A model generated the notes under the pieces. That model was not told the DNA's origin, did no database searches, and saw only the letters and a program-made list of their open reading frames with translations. DNA of 64,000 bases, taken from the IMG/VR virus record IMGVR_UViG_3300027874_000011, positions 8,121 through 72,120 of that record; one strand, 5' to 3'. The stretch comes from a virus (Duplodnaviria > Caudoviricetes). The position numbers and the translations under genes were made by a program. This document shows positions 54,710 to 63,095 of this stretch, in pieces. How positions within the stretch are numbered: the stretch's first letter is position 1; the number at the start of each line of letters is the position of its first letter.

Positions 54710-55516
54710 ATGAGTGAGAACCCGAGGCGCACCAGGCGTGCGCGACGAGTCTCGATTGAGAGCTTCGATGCGATGCGCGCTGGCAACACGGCCAGGGCCA
54801 CGCTGCCCGAAGACGAGGTGCTGGTCGCGGAAGACCAGACGACGCTGCCGCTGGAGCCGCCGCCTAACGGGACCGCAGATGGGCATGGCAACGACCTCGA
54901 AGTGCCGTACGAGGCGATGTTCCAGTCCAAGGATTTCCTGCCCGCGCCCGGGCTACGGCGGGTGGCGCAGACGCTGATTCACAGGGATCAGTCGCTGCGG
55001 CACCTGATTGACGTGCGGGTCGAATTTTTGTGGAAGCGCAAGGGCGGCACGCGGCGTGGCGTACCCAACATCGGGGACTGTGTGATGCCGGCCGGTTTAG
55101 CTCGGCATGCGTGGAACGCGATGGCACGCGCCATGACCGGTAGCTCATCCGAAGCCGTGGTCTATGTTGTCTGGTTGGCCTCAGATCATCTGGAGACGTA
55201 CACGCCGCTGCAAGTCGAGGCCAGCTTGTACCGGCAACTGTGTCGGACCGGGCTGCGGACCAGCGCGGCCAGACGCAACGCGCCGGACGGAAGCTCGGCG
55301 TTTTGCATCGTGGCCCCTGACTTTCAGGGCTTCACTCGTGAGATCATGCGCTTTGGACTGTGGAATGCATCCCTGGTCCAGGCAGCACCGGTGTTTTCTC
55401 AGGCCCAGTCTCAGGGCCAGACGGGTGACGACCCGTGGGGCGCAAGCCCGATGGAGACGACGCTCAATCATGAGCCGGTCGAAACGACCGGAGAGGAGCA
55501 TTCAAATGGCCGATGA
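54710..55516 (+). CDS. Phage metallopeptidase-like protein lacking HExxH
   Basis: LRHL...VEFLWK.KG...G.C...YVVWL...QVEASLYRQLCRTG...IVAPDFQGFTREIMRFGLW; the expected HELxH is replaced by RQLCR. Confidence 0.65.
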   Translation: MSENPRRTRRARRVSIESFDAMRAGNTARATLPEDEVLVAEDQTTLPLEPPPNGTADGHGNDLEVPYEAMFQSKDFLPAPGLRRVAQTLIHRDQSLRHLIDVRVEFLWKRKGGTRRGVPNIGDCVMPAGLARHAWNAMARAMTGSSSEAVVYVVWLASDHLETYTPLQVEASLYRQLCRTGLRTSAARRNAPDGSSAFCIVAPDFQGFTREIMRFGLWNASLVQAAPVFSQAQSQGQTGDDPWGASPMETTLNHEPVETTGEEHSNGR

Positions 55517-55922
55517 GCCAGAAGCCGAAGCGACTGCGACCGAGGAGCACATGACCGTCGAGCAGGCCGCGCAAGTCGGAGCCGAGAGCGCTGCCGCCAA
55601 AGACGACCCCGAGCAGGCCGAAGCGATTGCCGACCAGCGCGAGGAAGCCACCGGCTCGCGGGTGGAGATGACCGGCGGGTCGAACACGCCAAGCCCGGTC
55701 GAGGTCGAAGCCGCCGCCGCGCTGCGGGCACAGGAACTCGCGGAGATGGCCCGCGCGCAGCAGGAGCAGCAGAACCAGGCCGAAGCCGCCAAGGGTGAGA
55801 GCGCGGCCAGGAGCGCACCGGCGCAACCCGGTGGTGCACCGTCACCGCCACCCGCACCGGCTCCCGCGCCACCGCCACCGTCGTCAAGCAGCAGTTCGAG
55901 CGGGTCATCCACGACCCCCTAG
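55506..55922 (+). CDS. Acidic low-complexity (Ala/Glu/Pro/Ser) protein
   Basis: RBS GAGGAG before ATG 55506. Confidence 0.6.
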   Translation: MADEPEAEATATEEHMTVEQAAQVGAESAAAKDDPEQAEAIADQREEATGSRVEMTGGSNTPSPVEVEAAAALRAQELAEMARAQQEQQNQAEAAKGESAARSAPAQPGGAPSPPPAPAPAPPPPSSSSSSSGSSTTP

Positions 55923-55968
55923 AAATTCGCAGATCTAGCGGATTTGAGTTTGGAGTTGAACGTTTAGC

Positions 55969-56868
55969 ATGCCATCTTCCCGAGCACTTGCCACCACAAC
56001 CGACCCCATCGAACTTCTGGAGCAGGCCGAGGTGTTACGTCGGCGTGCCGAGCAGAGTTTCGGGGAGTACGCATTGGAAGCCGGCCGCTTGCTGATTGCA
56101 GCCAAGCGGCGGGTTGCCCACGGCAGTTGGGCCAGCCATCTGCAGACCCACACCGGATTTTCGCAGCGCACGGCCGAGAGCTACATGCGAGCGAGGCGAA
56201 TCTACGAGGGGCTGCCGGCCAGCGAAAAGGCCGCTGTCTTGGAGCAGCCGTTCAGTAGATCTTTGCTGGTGCTGTCGCAAGCGCCCAGGCAGAGCAGCAG
56301 TGAAGACCGGGCGCTGGCCGAGCTACCGGACAAGCGTGAACGTCGCGAGTTGCCTCCGAGGGGCGTGCCCGAAAACGGCAGCACCCAGGCCGTCGAGAAT
56401 TTTCTGAATGATCGCGGCCTGGACACGACCCAGTTGATCGAGGACTCGTACCACCCGGACGTGGAGACGCCCGAGTTCAAAGGTGAAGCCACTCCCCTCG
56501 ATGACATTCTGGACGGGCCGCAGAAGACGTACGACGACGGGATCTCGCAGCAGGCCATCAACGAGGAGCAACTCCAAGAGTACGAGGAGATGTCCCAGGA
56601 GGTCGCCAGATTAGAGCGCGAGAACCGCGACTTGCAGAACCAGTTGGCCCAGGCGAAAAGCAACCCGCAGCAGATGCGTGGGTGGGATTTTGTGCAGAGC
56701 CTGTATCAGTACCTGCGGGCCGACGAGCCAGCGCGCACACCCGAGAGCCTCGCCAAACGCGCCGCCGGTATCCAGGGTGGCCGAGAGACGGTGGCGTATC
56801 TGGAGCAATTCTTCGGAGCCACGCGCAACCACCTCAGACTTGCGGAGGGTGAACCACTCCCCGCGTGA
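55969..56868 (+). CDS. DUF3102-domain protein
   Basis: ALEAGRLLIAAKRRVAHGSWASHLQTHTGFSQRTAESYMR. Confidence 0.85.
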   Translation: MPSSRALATTTDPIELLEQAEVLRRRAEQSFGEYALEAGRLLIAAKRRVAHGSWASHLQTHTGFSQRTAESYMRARRIYEGLPASEKAAVLEQPFSRSLLVLSQAPRQSSSEDRALAELPDKRERRELPPRGVPENGSTQAVENFLNDRGLDTTQLIEDSYHPDVETPEFKGEATPLDDILDGPQKTYDDGISQQAINEEQLQEYEEMSQEVARLERENRDLQNQLAQAKSNPQQMRGWDFVQSLYQYLRADEPARTPESLAKRAAGIQGGRETVAYLEQFFGATRNHLRLAEGEPLPA

Positions 56869-57296
56869 CCAGACCACCGTGGGATGGTCGAGACACAAGC
56901 TGGATGCCCGGGGATCTCACCCGGGCACAGCAGCTTCATTTGTGGGAAGCCAGTGGCGAAGGCATCGACGCGGCGTTCTGGCAATTTCACCGGGCGAACC
57001 CCAGGATCTACGAACTGCTGTGTGGGTACGCCAGGCAAGCGCTCAGGGCCGGTCGAGGTCGCTTTGGGATCAGGATGATTTGGGAGCGGCTGCGGTGGTA
57101 CGTGCTGGTCGAGACAGAAGACCCCACGGGCATCAAGCTGAACGACCATTTTCACTCACGCTACGCACGGCTGATGATGCTGCGCGAAGACGATCTGCAA
57201 GGACTCTTTGAGACGCGGCAACTCAAAACGAGCAGTAGCTTGCCGGCCGTGATGGGCAACGGCCACGTGATCGACGTAGACCCCAATCCGTTTTAG
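56865..57296 (+). CDS. Conserved phage hypothetical protein
   Basis: FWQFHRANPRIY...IWERLRW...KLNDHFHSRYARL...LFETR. Confidence 0.7.
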   Translation: MTRPPWDGRDTSWMPGDLTRAQQLHLWEASGEGIDAAFWQFHRANPRIYELLCGYARQALRAGRGRFGIRMIWERLRWYVLVETEDPTGIKLNDHFHSRYARLMMLREDDLQGLFETRQLKTSSSLPAVMGNGHVIDVDPNPF

Positions 57297-57540
57297 CTTT
57301 AGCCGCTGGACAAGACGCGGCGCATGACGCGCGACAGATCGGCCCACGCGCCCTTGTAGGCCGGCCAGGTATCGCGGTGAGCCGACGCCTTGTTGGGTCG
57401 TTCGGCCCACCACTTCAGATACGCCGCCTGGACGTGGTTGGGAGCCTGGGAAAAATCAGCCCGCACGTCGTCAGGCATACCGGACAGCGGATCTCTAAAA
57501 CCCCTTCGGGAGGTTGTCACGGCGTGTGAGTGTATGCGAA

Positions 57541-58137
57541 CTAACCCGAGGGTGGTGTGGGTTCGTTGGTGACGAAGATCTCGTGGCAGTACTGGCACCA
57601 GGCGACCTCGGGGCCGACTGTTGAAGAACTGAGGAAGATCTGAATCGGCATGCTGTGCAGCTTGTAGCCGTCGAGGTCGTAGTCGGTACAGGAGCGTGCC
57701 GGTGTCTGCTCGCCAGGATCGACGGCCACGGTAAAGGTGATGGTGGTGGTCTGGCCGTTCGAGGCTTGCCCGGTACCCGAGTCGCGGTTGACCGGCAGCG
57801 ACCACGAGATCCCCGAAGCATCTTGTGTAGGTGTCGCGGTGAGCGTGTAGTCCGACCAGTTGCTGTTGTTGTTGGCCTGGACGACGTGGATGGTGTCCCC
57901 CGTCGCCATGACCGCAAACAGTTTGGAGGCCGGCTGTCCCTGCAGATCCGCCGAGGCAAGCTCCAAGATAGACGCCCCCGACCAGTTGCGGCTATCAGTT
58001 CGGAACTCCCCATTGTTGATCGCCTGGGATTCAGGTGAAGGATCACTGAGCGAAGTCGGGTTCGGATCAAGACTTTGAGAGTTCCACGTCCACTGCCCCG
58101 TGTACGTCTGCGTGGTGAACGCCGGCCCAATGCTCAC
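57541..58137 (-). CDS. Hypothetical Ser/Thr-rich beta protein with C-terminal CxxC
   Basis: GTGA-coupled start. Confidence 0.6.
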   Translation of the reverse strand: MSIGPAFTTQTYTGQWTWNSQSLDPNPTSLSDPSPESQAINNGEFRTDSRNWSGASILELASADLQGQPASKLFAVMATGDTIHVVQANNNSNWSDYTLTATPTQDASGISWSLPVNRDSGTGQASNGQTTTITFTVAVDPGEQTPARSCTDYDLDGYKLHSMPIQIFLSSSTVGPEVAWCQYCHEIFVTNEPTPPSG

Positions 58138-58388
58138 GCGCTTACCCGCACGTACTTCACCCACGTCTGTGCATACACCTTCTCAAGGATCACAGCCTTA
58201 CACCACTGCGCCAGCAGCGCCTCGTCAAACTCTACCCTGCGTACAAGCTCCCGAGCCTCGTCACCCTTGAAGTGCAAGGACACCACAATCCCCCGCTGAT
58301 CCGGCGGCGCAAGGAACACCTCGGTCACCTCATCCCCTAGCTCAAAGTCGTCCGGCCCCAGGCCCCGATCTTTAGTGTGCTCGTCCAT
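58134..58388 (-). CDS. Small hypothetical protein
   Basis: MDEHTKDRG...; preceded by a palindrome site. Confidence 0.55.
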   Translation of the reverse strand: MDEHTKDRGLGPDDFELGDEVTEVFLAPPDQRGIVVSLHFKGDEARELVRRVEFDEALLAQWCKAVILEKVYAQTWVKYVRVSA

Positions 58389-58407
58389 GCGCTCAGAGTA
58401 GCTCAGC

Positions 58408-58421
58408 GATAACCCATTATC
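58408..58421. promoter_or_regulatory. Palindromic operator-like site GATAACCCATTATC
   Basis: One mismatch; about 20 bp upstream of ATG 58388. Confidence 0.65.
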
Positions 58422-58429
58422 AGTACGCA

Positions 58430-59250
58430 CACCACCACACCCGGAAATTCCCCAAAAGGAAACCTCAAATTTTCCCAGGGCAGCTTTGGACACCGGTGCC
58501 CAACGGAAAAAGAAGACCTCAAAAAATCCCAGGGGATAGGGGTGTCCAAATTTACACACGCGAACTTTCTGCGCTTTTGTCTGAGCCTCAAAGTTCAAGA
58601 CACCAGGCACTACTAAAGAAAGCCAGGGGTAAACCTTCTCAGGGGACGCCACCCCCGGGCAGTAGCCCCGGCAAAGAAGCCCAGTACCTGAGTCGAGAAC
58701 TAGCCTATGTGGGGGAGTGCCTTGTAGGGAGGGCGGGGTAGGGGGGTATAGGCGGGTGTCCGGACAGGGAGGGTGGGTACCTCCCGGTGAGCAGGGGGAT
58801 AGGGGGGTGCCTGCAGCAAGGCCCTCCACAGGCAGGGGTAACGTAACCGGCCCAGGACCACCCCTGCAGCACGCCCTGTATATGAGGGCTGCGCATGTGC
58901 TCGACTAAAAGGTCTTTGCTAGAGCCTGCTCATACACACACATATAGATGCATATGTACTCACATATCTTAGTATGTGTTGTTGTGCTGTGGGCTGGCTG
59001 GCCTGGGATGGGCAGATTCGTTTGCGTTGTGGGTACGTAGGGGTGGCTCACTAGGCCAGGGAGTTCCCTCGAAGGGATGGCGCATCGTTTGCACAAAGCA
59101 AAGCCGGGTCACACTCTACTGGTCACAAGTAACTCGGGGTTTTGGAAAGCGCGGGGATTATCGAGGGGAGGGGGTTCCCGTAGGGGTTCTAGGCAACAGG
59201 GGAGGGGAGGGGGGATCGAATTGGCTGAAGATGGAGGGGGTCCACCAGGC
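58430..59250. other. Largely non-coding, compositionally distinct region with A-tracts, direct/inverted repeats and G-runs (candidate packaging/terminus or control region)
   Basis: ACCTCAAA-N3-TCCCAGGG at 58462 and 58516; inverted repeat TTTGGACACC 58485 / GGTGTCCAAA 58541; G-runs at 58727-58746; AT-rich 58930-58985. Confidence 0.5.
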
Positions 59251-59394
59251 GTCCAGGGTGGTGGTGATGGTGGGAAGCTGCCAGATGAGCAGGGCGCAGA
59301 GGATGCACAGGAACAGGGCCAGCAGCCAACCTGAGGGTGGGTTGGGGTCACGCTGGACGGAGCGTCTGACGAACCCGTGGCGCTGGCCCTTCAT
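59158..59394 (-). CDS. Small single-TM membrane protein
   Basis: WLLALFLCILCALLIW. Confidence 0.5.
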   Translation of the reverse strand: MKGQRHGFVRRSVQRDPNPPSGWLLALFLCILCALLIWQLPTITTTLDAWWTPSIFSQFDPPSPPLLPRTPTGTPSPR

Positions 59395-59654
59395 TCATGC
59401 AGGCTAACGATCCGCTGCTGTCGGGCTGCTACCTGGGGGTCGATTGTCTTTGCGCGAAGATGTCAACTCCCCCTGAGATCAGGTGGCAAGGGGTGGCGTG
59501 TCACAACTGGTGTGCGAGTGTGTGGGTCAGGCGTACCACGTATTTCTCGTCCAGATAGAAAGCGCGGCGAGGAGCGACATTTGTGACAGGGGGGGGTAGG
59601 CGGGTCGTTTTGAGTGCCGGCTGAGGGGGTGGGTGTGTGAAACTCGCTCGTAAT

Positions 59655-59864
59655 ATGAGCGAGCGACCGAGTAAACCCGCCAAGGAGTGGACGGGTGCGG
59701 AGTTGGCCTGGTGGGAGACGCGGGCGACGTACGCGCTGTGTGGTGATGCGGAGGCGACCAGGGAGTGTCTTGAGGGGGTAGTACAGATGCTGGACGAGAT
59801 CCGGCGGCTGCGCCGAATTGTCCGCCGCCGGGCGCACGCGGTGGTCGAAGCCCGAGCGGGATGA
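59655..59864 (+). CDS. Small hypothetical protein
   Basis: First ORF of a rightward unit. Confidence 0.55.
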   Translation: MSERPSKPAKEWTGAELAWWETRATYALCGDAEATRECLEGVVQMLDEIRRLRRIVRRRAHAVVEARAG

Positions 59865-59867
59865 GGC

Positions 59868-60026
59868 GTGGACGACAGTGGGCAAAACTCGGTTGAGTAC
59901 GGGCTGTTGATTGCGGGGATTGTGGTGCTGGTGCTGCTCGGGGTGGCGCTGTGGGGTGGGGTGCTGCACGACTGGTTCGCGGGCCTGGCGGCGAGCATCG
60001 TCAACCAGGGGCTGGCGGGCCGGTAA
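59868..60026 (+). CDS. flp: Flp/Fap family type IVb pilin (52 aa; not in ORF track)
   Basis: MDDSG|QNSVEYGLLIAGIVVLVLLGVALWGGVLHDWFAGLAASI: prepilin G|xxxxEY motif, hydrophobic helix and amphipathic tail. Confidence 0.8.
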   Translation: MDDSGQNSVEYGLLIAGIVVLVLLGVALWGGVLHDWFAGLAASIVNQGLAGR

Positions 60027-60076
60027 CGTAACCAGGGTTTCGTCCGGACGAAACGAGGTGTATCGTTCCGGACGAT

Positions 60077-60334
60077 ATGCCACGACCACGACAGTACACG
60101 ACAGATGCTGAGCGCAAGGCCGCGTGGCGAGCGCGGGAGCAGGCGAAGTTCGACGCGGCTCAGGATGCGGGCCTGCTGCGCGAGCGGCTGGCGGTGGCCG
60201 AGGGCCGACTCGCCAGGGCCGCTGAGCTATTCAGGGAGATCTCGGACGACGTGAACGCGGCGCTGCGGGGGCGGCACGAGTGCCCGGCAACCCAGGCGCT
60301 GCTGAAGATCGCGATGCGCGGGGCACGCCGGTGA
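60077..60334 (+). CDS. Small hypothetical protein
   Basis: MPRPRQYTTDAERKAAWRAR basic N-terminus; HECPA motif. Confidence 0.65.
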   Translation: MPRPRQYTTDAERKAAWRAREQAKFDAAQDAGLLRERLAVAEGRLARAAELFREISDDVNAALRGRHECPATQALLKIAMRGARR

Positions 60335-60525
60335 ACTTCGTTTGCCAGGGCTGTCACAAGCTGACCCTTGCTTCGCCCGAAGACGACGCGGAAGCTGAAG
60401 CCGAGTGGCGCTCGGTGCCCGGCTGGGAAAACGTGCCCTCCGACCAGCGCGCCCTGGTGTGCGACCAGTGCTGGCGCAAGATCGGCGCGTGGGCCAGGAT
60501 TCACAAGCTGGCGTGGCCCGCATAG
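60331..60525 (+). CDS. Small zinc-finger protein
   Basis: CQGC ... CDQC; GTGA-coupled. Confidence 0.6.
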   Translation: MNFVCQGCHKLTLASPEDDAEAEAEWRSVPGWENVPSDQRALVCDQCWRKIGAWARIHKLAWPA

Positions 60526-60534
60526 CCTGCAGAC

Positions 60535-60783
60535 ATGAGCAACCCGAAGACGTATCCCATCAAGAGCAAGCCGCAGCTTCGTCGCGGGCCTTCGCGGGAG
60601 CAGGCGCTGCAGGGCGAGATCTCGGATCTGAGGACGCGGGTGAAGCTCCTCGAAGGCCGACTGCGCGAGCGCGACGAACTGCTCCAGGCCATCTCGTACG
60701 ACGCCAATGTCGCTCTGTCTCAAACCGGCCACGAGTGCCCCGCCAGTCTGTGTCTGCTGAACTGGTCGCGCGAGCGCTCGTGA
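60535..60783 (+). CDS. Small coiled-coil protein
   Basis: HECPA motif shared with 60077-60334. Confidence 0.6.
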   Translation: MSNPKTYPIKSKPQLRRGPSREQALQGEISDLRTRVKLLEGRLRERDELLQAISYDANVALSQTGHECPASLCLLNWSRERS

Positions 60784-60953
60784 GCAGCAAGCGCCACATC
60801 AGATCCCGCCAGTGCGGTTCCAAGCGCCAGTTCGCGGGCCTGTCCGAAGCTCGACGGATGGTCGCCTTTCAACGGCTGAGGTCGGGCGAGCGCTGGAGCG
60901 CCTATCGCTGCCGCTGGTGCGGCTTTTGCCACATCGGACATGCGCGCGCGTGA
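60780..60953 (+). CDS. Small C2H2-like phage protein
   Basis: CGSKRQF...AYRCRWCGFCHIGH; GTGA-coupled. Confidence 0.65.
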   Translation: MSSKRHIRSRQCGSKRQFAGLSEARRMVAFQRLRSGERWSAYRCRWCGFCHIGHARA

Positions 60954-61186
60954 GCGAGCCGATAACCGGTTATCAGTCCAGCTACTCCCAGGAGCGCCTG
61001 GAGGAGATCGCTCAGTGGGTCCGACAGACGTGCCTGCTGTTTGGCTCGCAGACCTCGACGGCGTACATCGTCGCGGGCTACTTCGTCAGGGGTCTGGAAC
61101 GCGGCCAACCCTGGTCAAACACTCCCGCAGTCGAGCGTCCCAAACGCGGTCGCCCGCTCAAGCAGACTGAGGACAAAGGCTCCTGA
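60950..61186 (+). CDS. Small hypothetical protein
   Basis: GTGA-coupled; PKRGRP AT-hook-like tail. Confidence 0.6.
   Translation: MSEPITGYQSSYSQERLEEIAQWVRQTCLLFGSQTSTAYIVAGYFVRGLERGQPWSNTPAVERPKRGRPLKQTEDKGS
60961..60974. promoter_or_regulatory. Palindromic operator-like site GATAACCGGTTATC
   Basis: Perfect; just inside the 5' end of ORF 60950. Confidence 0.75.
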
Positions 61187-61344
61187 GCCGGGACCGCACC
61201 CGGGATGAGGTGACGCCGGTCCCGCCCAGGACGAGCACGCGCGGCAGAACCAGCCCCGGTCCCCACCTCGCGCGCCTCGCACATCATTGCACACCCTGTG
61301 CCATGCGCGCACATGTGCATATGTGTAGATTTCTGCGGGGCTAC

Positions 61345-61776
61345 TTACGGATGATCCAGCAGCCAATCCTGATACGCGGGGTCGGCGGTGATGTCGCACA
61401 CGCCCGTCTGCGGGTCCATGTCGCACGGCACGTCCGAAAGCGCGATCCAGGCGTCTAGCGGACAGTCATTCACCCCGGCCAGATTGGGGGCCGAACTGTG
61501 GTACCAGACCATCACCCCGGGATCGAGCACACAGTCGCCCGAGTGCACCAGCCATCTGCCAGAGGGCAACGCCAGTTCGACCCACCCCGGCGCGGCGTTG
61601 GGATCCGGCGCGTGCAGCGTGTAGCCGTTCGAGGCCGGCTGCTCTGACTGTTCAAACGGGCACGCGGTCGCCAGCACCGGCGAGGGCGTGACGTTGTTGG
61701 GCACGTTCGGACACGCCGCGACGGGCCTGGAAGCGCACGCCGCCAGCACCAGCACGAGCGCCAGAAGAAGCCTCAA
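61345..61776 (-). CDS. Putative lipoprotein, Cys-rich
   Basis: MRLLLALVLVLAAC lipobox-type signal. Confidence 0.65.
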   Translation of the reverse strand: MRLLLALVLVLAACASRPVAACPNVPNNVTPSPVLATACPFEQSEQPASNGYTLHAPDPNAAPGWVELALPSGRWLVHSGDCVLDPGVMVWYHSSAPNLAGVNDCPLDAWIALSDVPCDMDPQTGVCDITADPAYQDWLLDHP

Positions 61777-62474
61777 GAGCGCCGCGTGGTGACTTCGATC
61801 TGGCTCTGATCGCGCGTCGCGCGCTCGGGGGCGAAGCCACCCCAGGTCGTACGCTGCGGCGCGACGGCGACAGACGCCGGCCAGCCGTTGCTTTCGGTCT
61901 TGTGGCTGTGCGAGGCAGTCGGCTTGGGCGCTTTGCCCGGCACGTCGTAGCCGCCGGCAATCGTGGTGTGCGCGTGCGCCGCCTTGTCGTGCGCGGCAGC
62001 AGCGGCGTCTTCCTTGGCCTTCTGCGCCGCAACCTTCGCGGCCTGGTGCGCGGCGGCGGCATCCGCGTGGGCCTTGGCACTCGCAGCGGCAGATGCGCCC
62101 GTGCCCTTGCCGCCTTTGCCGCCCTTGCCGCCGCCTTTGCCCTTGCCGTGCGCGGCGGCAGACAGTTGGTGGGCCTGCTGCGCGCGCTGGTGGTACTCGG
62201 CCATGAACTTGTCGTGCTCGGACTGCGAGGCCCCGTCACTCGCGTCCTTGCCCGCGTCGGCGTGCGCGTCGGCCGCACTTTCGTGCGAGCTTGCGGCCTT
62301 GTCGTCGTCGCCCGAGGCACTGTCCTTGGCAGCTTTGTCGGTCGCTTCGGATGCCTTGGCGTCCTTGTCATCGCCGTCCGAATCGTCGCCACCACCGTCA
62401 CCACTCGATCCGTCAGAAGATGCAAACTGCCCGCCGCCGCTCGATCCGGCGGGGACGCGATTCTGGTCGGCCAT
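61773..62474 (-). CDS. Low-complexity Ala/His/Asp/Lys-rich protein with RVPAGSSGGGQF N-terminal motif
   Basis: Repeated H..AA.AH helices; the N-terminal motif resembles HPR/PRVP..GGQF starts of phage head-associated proteins. Confidence 0.65.
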   Translation of the reverse strand: MADQNRVPAGSSGGGQFASSDGSSGDGGGDDSDGDDKDAKASEATDKAAKDSASGDDDKAASSHESAADAHADAGKDASDGASQSEHDKFMAEYHQRAQQAHQLSAAAHGKGKGGGKGGKGGKGTGASAAASAKAHADAAAAHQAAKVAAQKAKEDAAAAAHDKAAHAHTTIAGGYDVPGKAPKPTASHSHKTESNGWPASVAVAPQRTTWGGFAPERATRDQSQIEVTTRRS

Positions 62475-62729
62475 GCCCGCTACTCTACGCCCCACATAGC
62501 CGAAAGCCCGTAGTGGCGAGCTACGGGCCTCGGGTATGTGGGGGACAGTGGGTGCGAGTGGGGAAGCTACATCAGACGATCCTCAGTCGAGCGGTCGCTA
62601 CGCGCCGACTACTTGGCTTCCGACTTCGACGCGGGCTTTTCGGCGGCGTGCTCCTGGCACACCCAACCGCCAGCCCGATACATCCACCGCCACGCGCCCT
62701 TCGGACACTGGGGCTTGTGACACTTCTGC

Positions 62730-63095
62730 ATGGATCTTCTCCGCGAGGCCAGTGTGGTGGGCGGGCCTCTCAATCTCGGCCCGGGAGCGGGGGCCTCACC
62801 CCGTCCACCCACAGTATACCCGAAAACGCACGCGCGTGCGCATATAAACGCACATGATAAGCTGGCCGGCGTGAACGAGACGCCTGCCACCGAGATCGGC
62901 ACCGAGAGCGCGCTTGAGCCGACGCCCGACGAGATCCTGCACTACTACGCCACGTACGTCAGCGTGCCCGCCAGGGCTGACTGTCCGCACGGCAACGGCC
63001 CGACGATCCGCGACAGCACCGGCCACGGCGTGCGCATCGCCTGCCCCCAGGGTCGCGACTGCTGGTTCGTGTTCTGGCGCTTTGAAGCGCCGTGA
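62730..63095 (+). CDS. Hypothetical protein
   Basis: CPHG...CPQGRDC. Confidence 0.45.
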   Translation: MDLLREASVVGGPLNLGPGAGASPRPPTVYPKTHARAHINAHDKLAGVNETPATEIGTESALEPTPDEILHYYATYVSVPARADCPHGNGPTIRDSTGHGVRIACPQGRDCWFVFWRFEAP

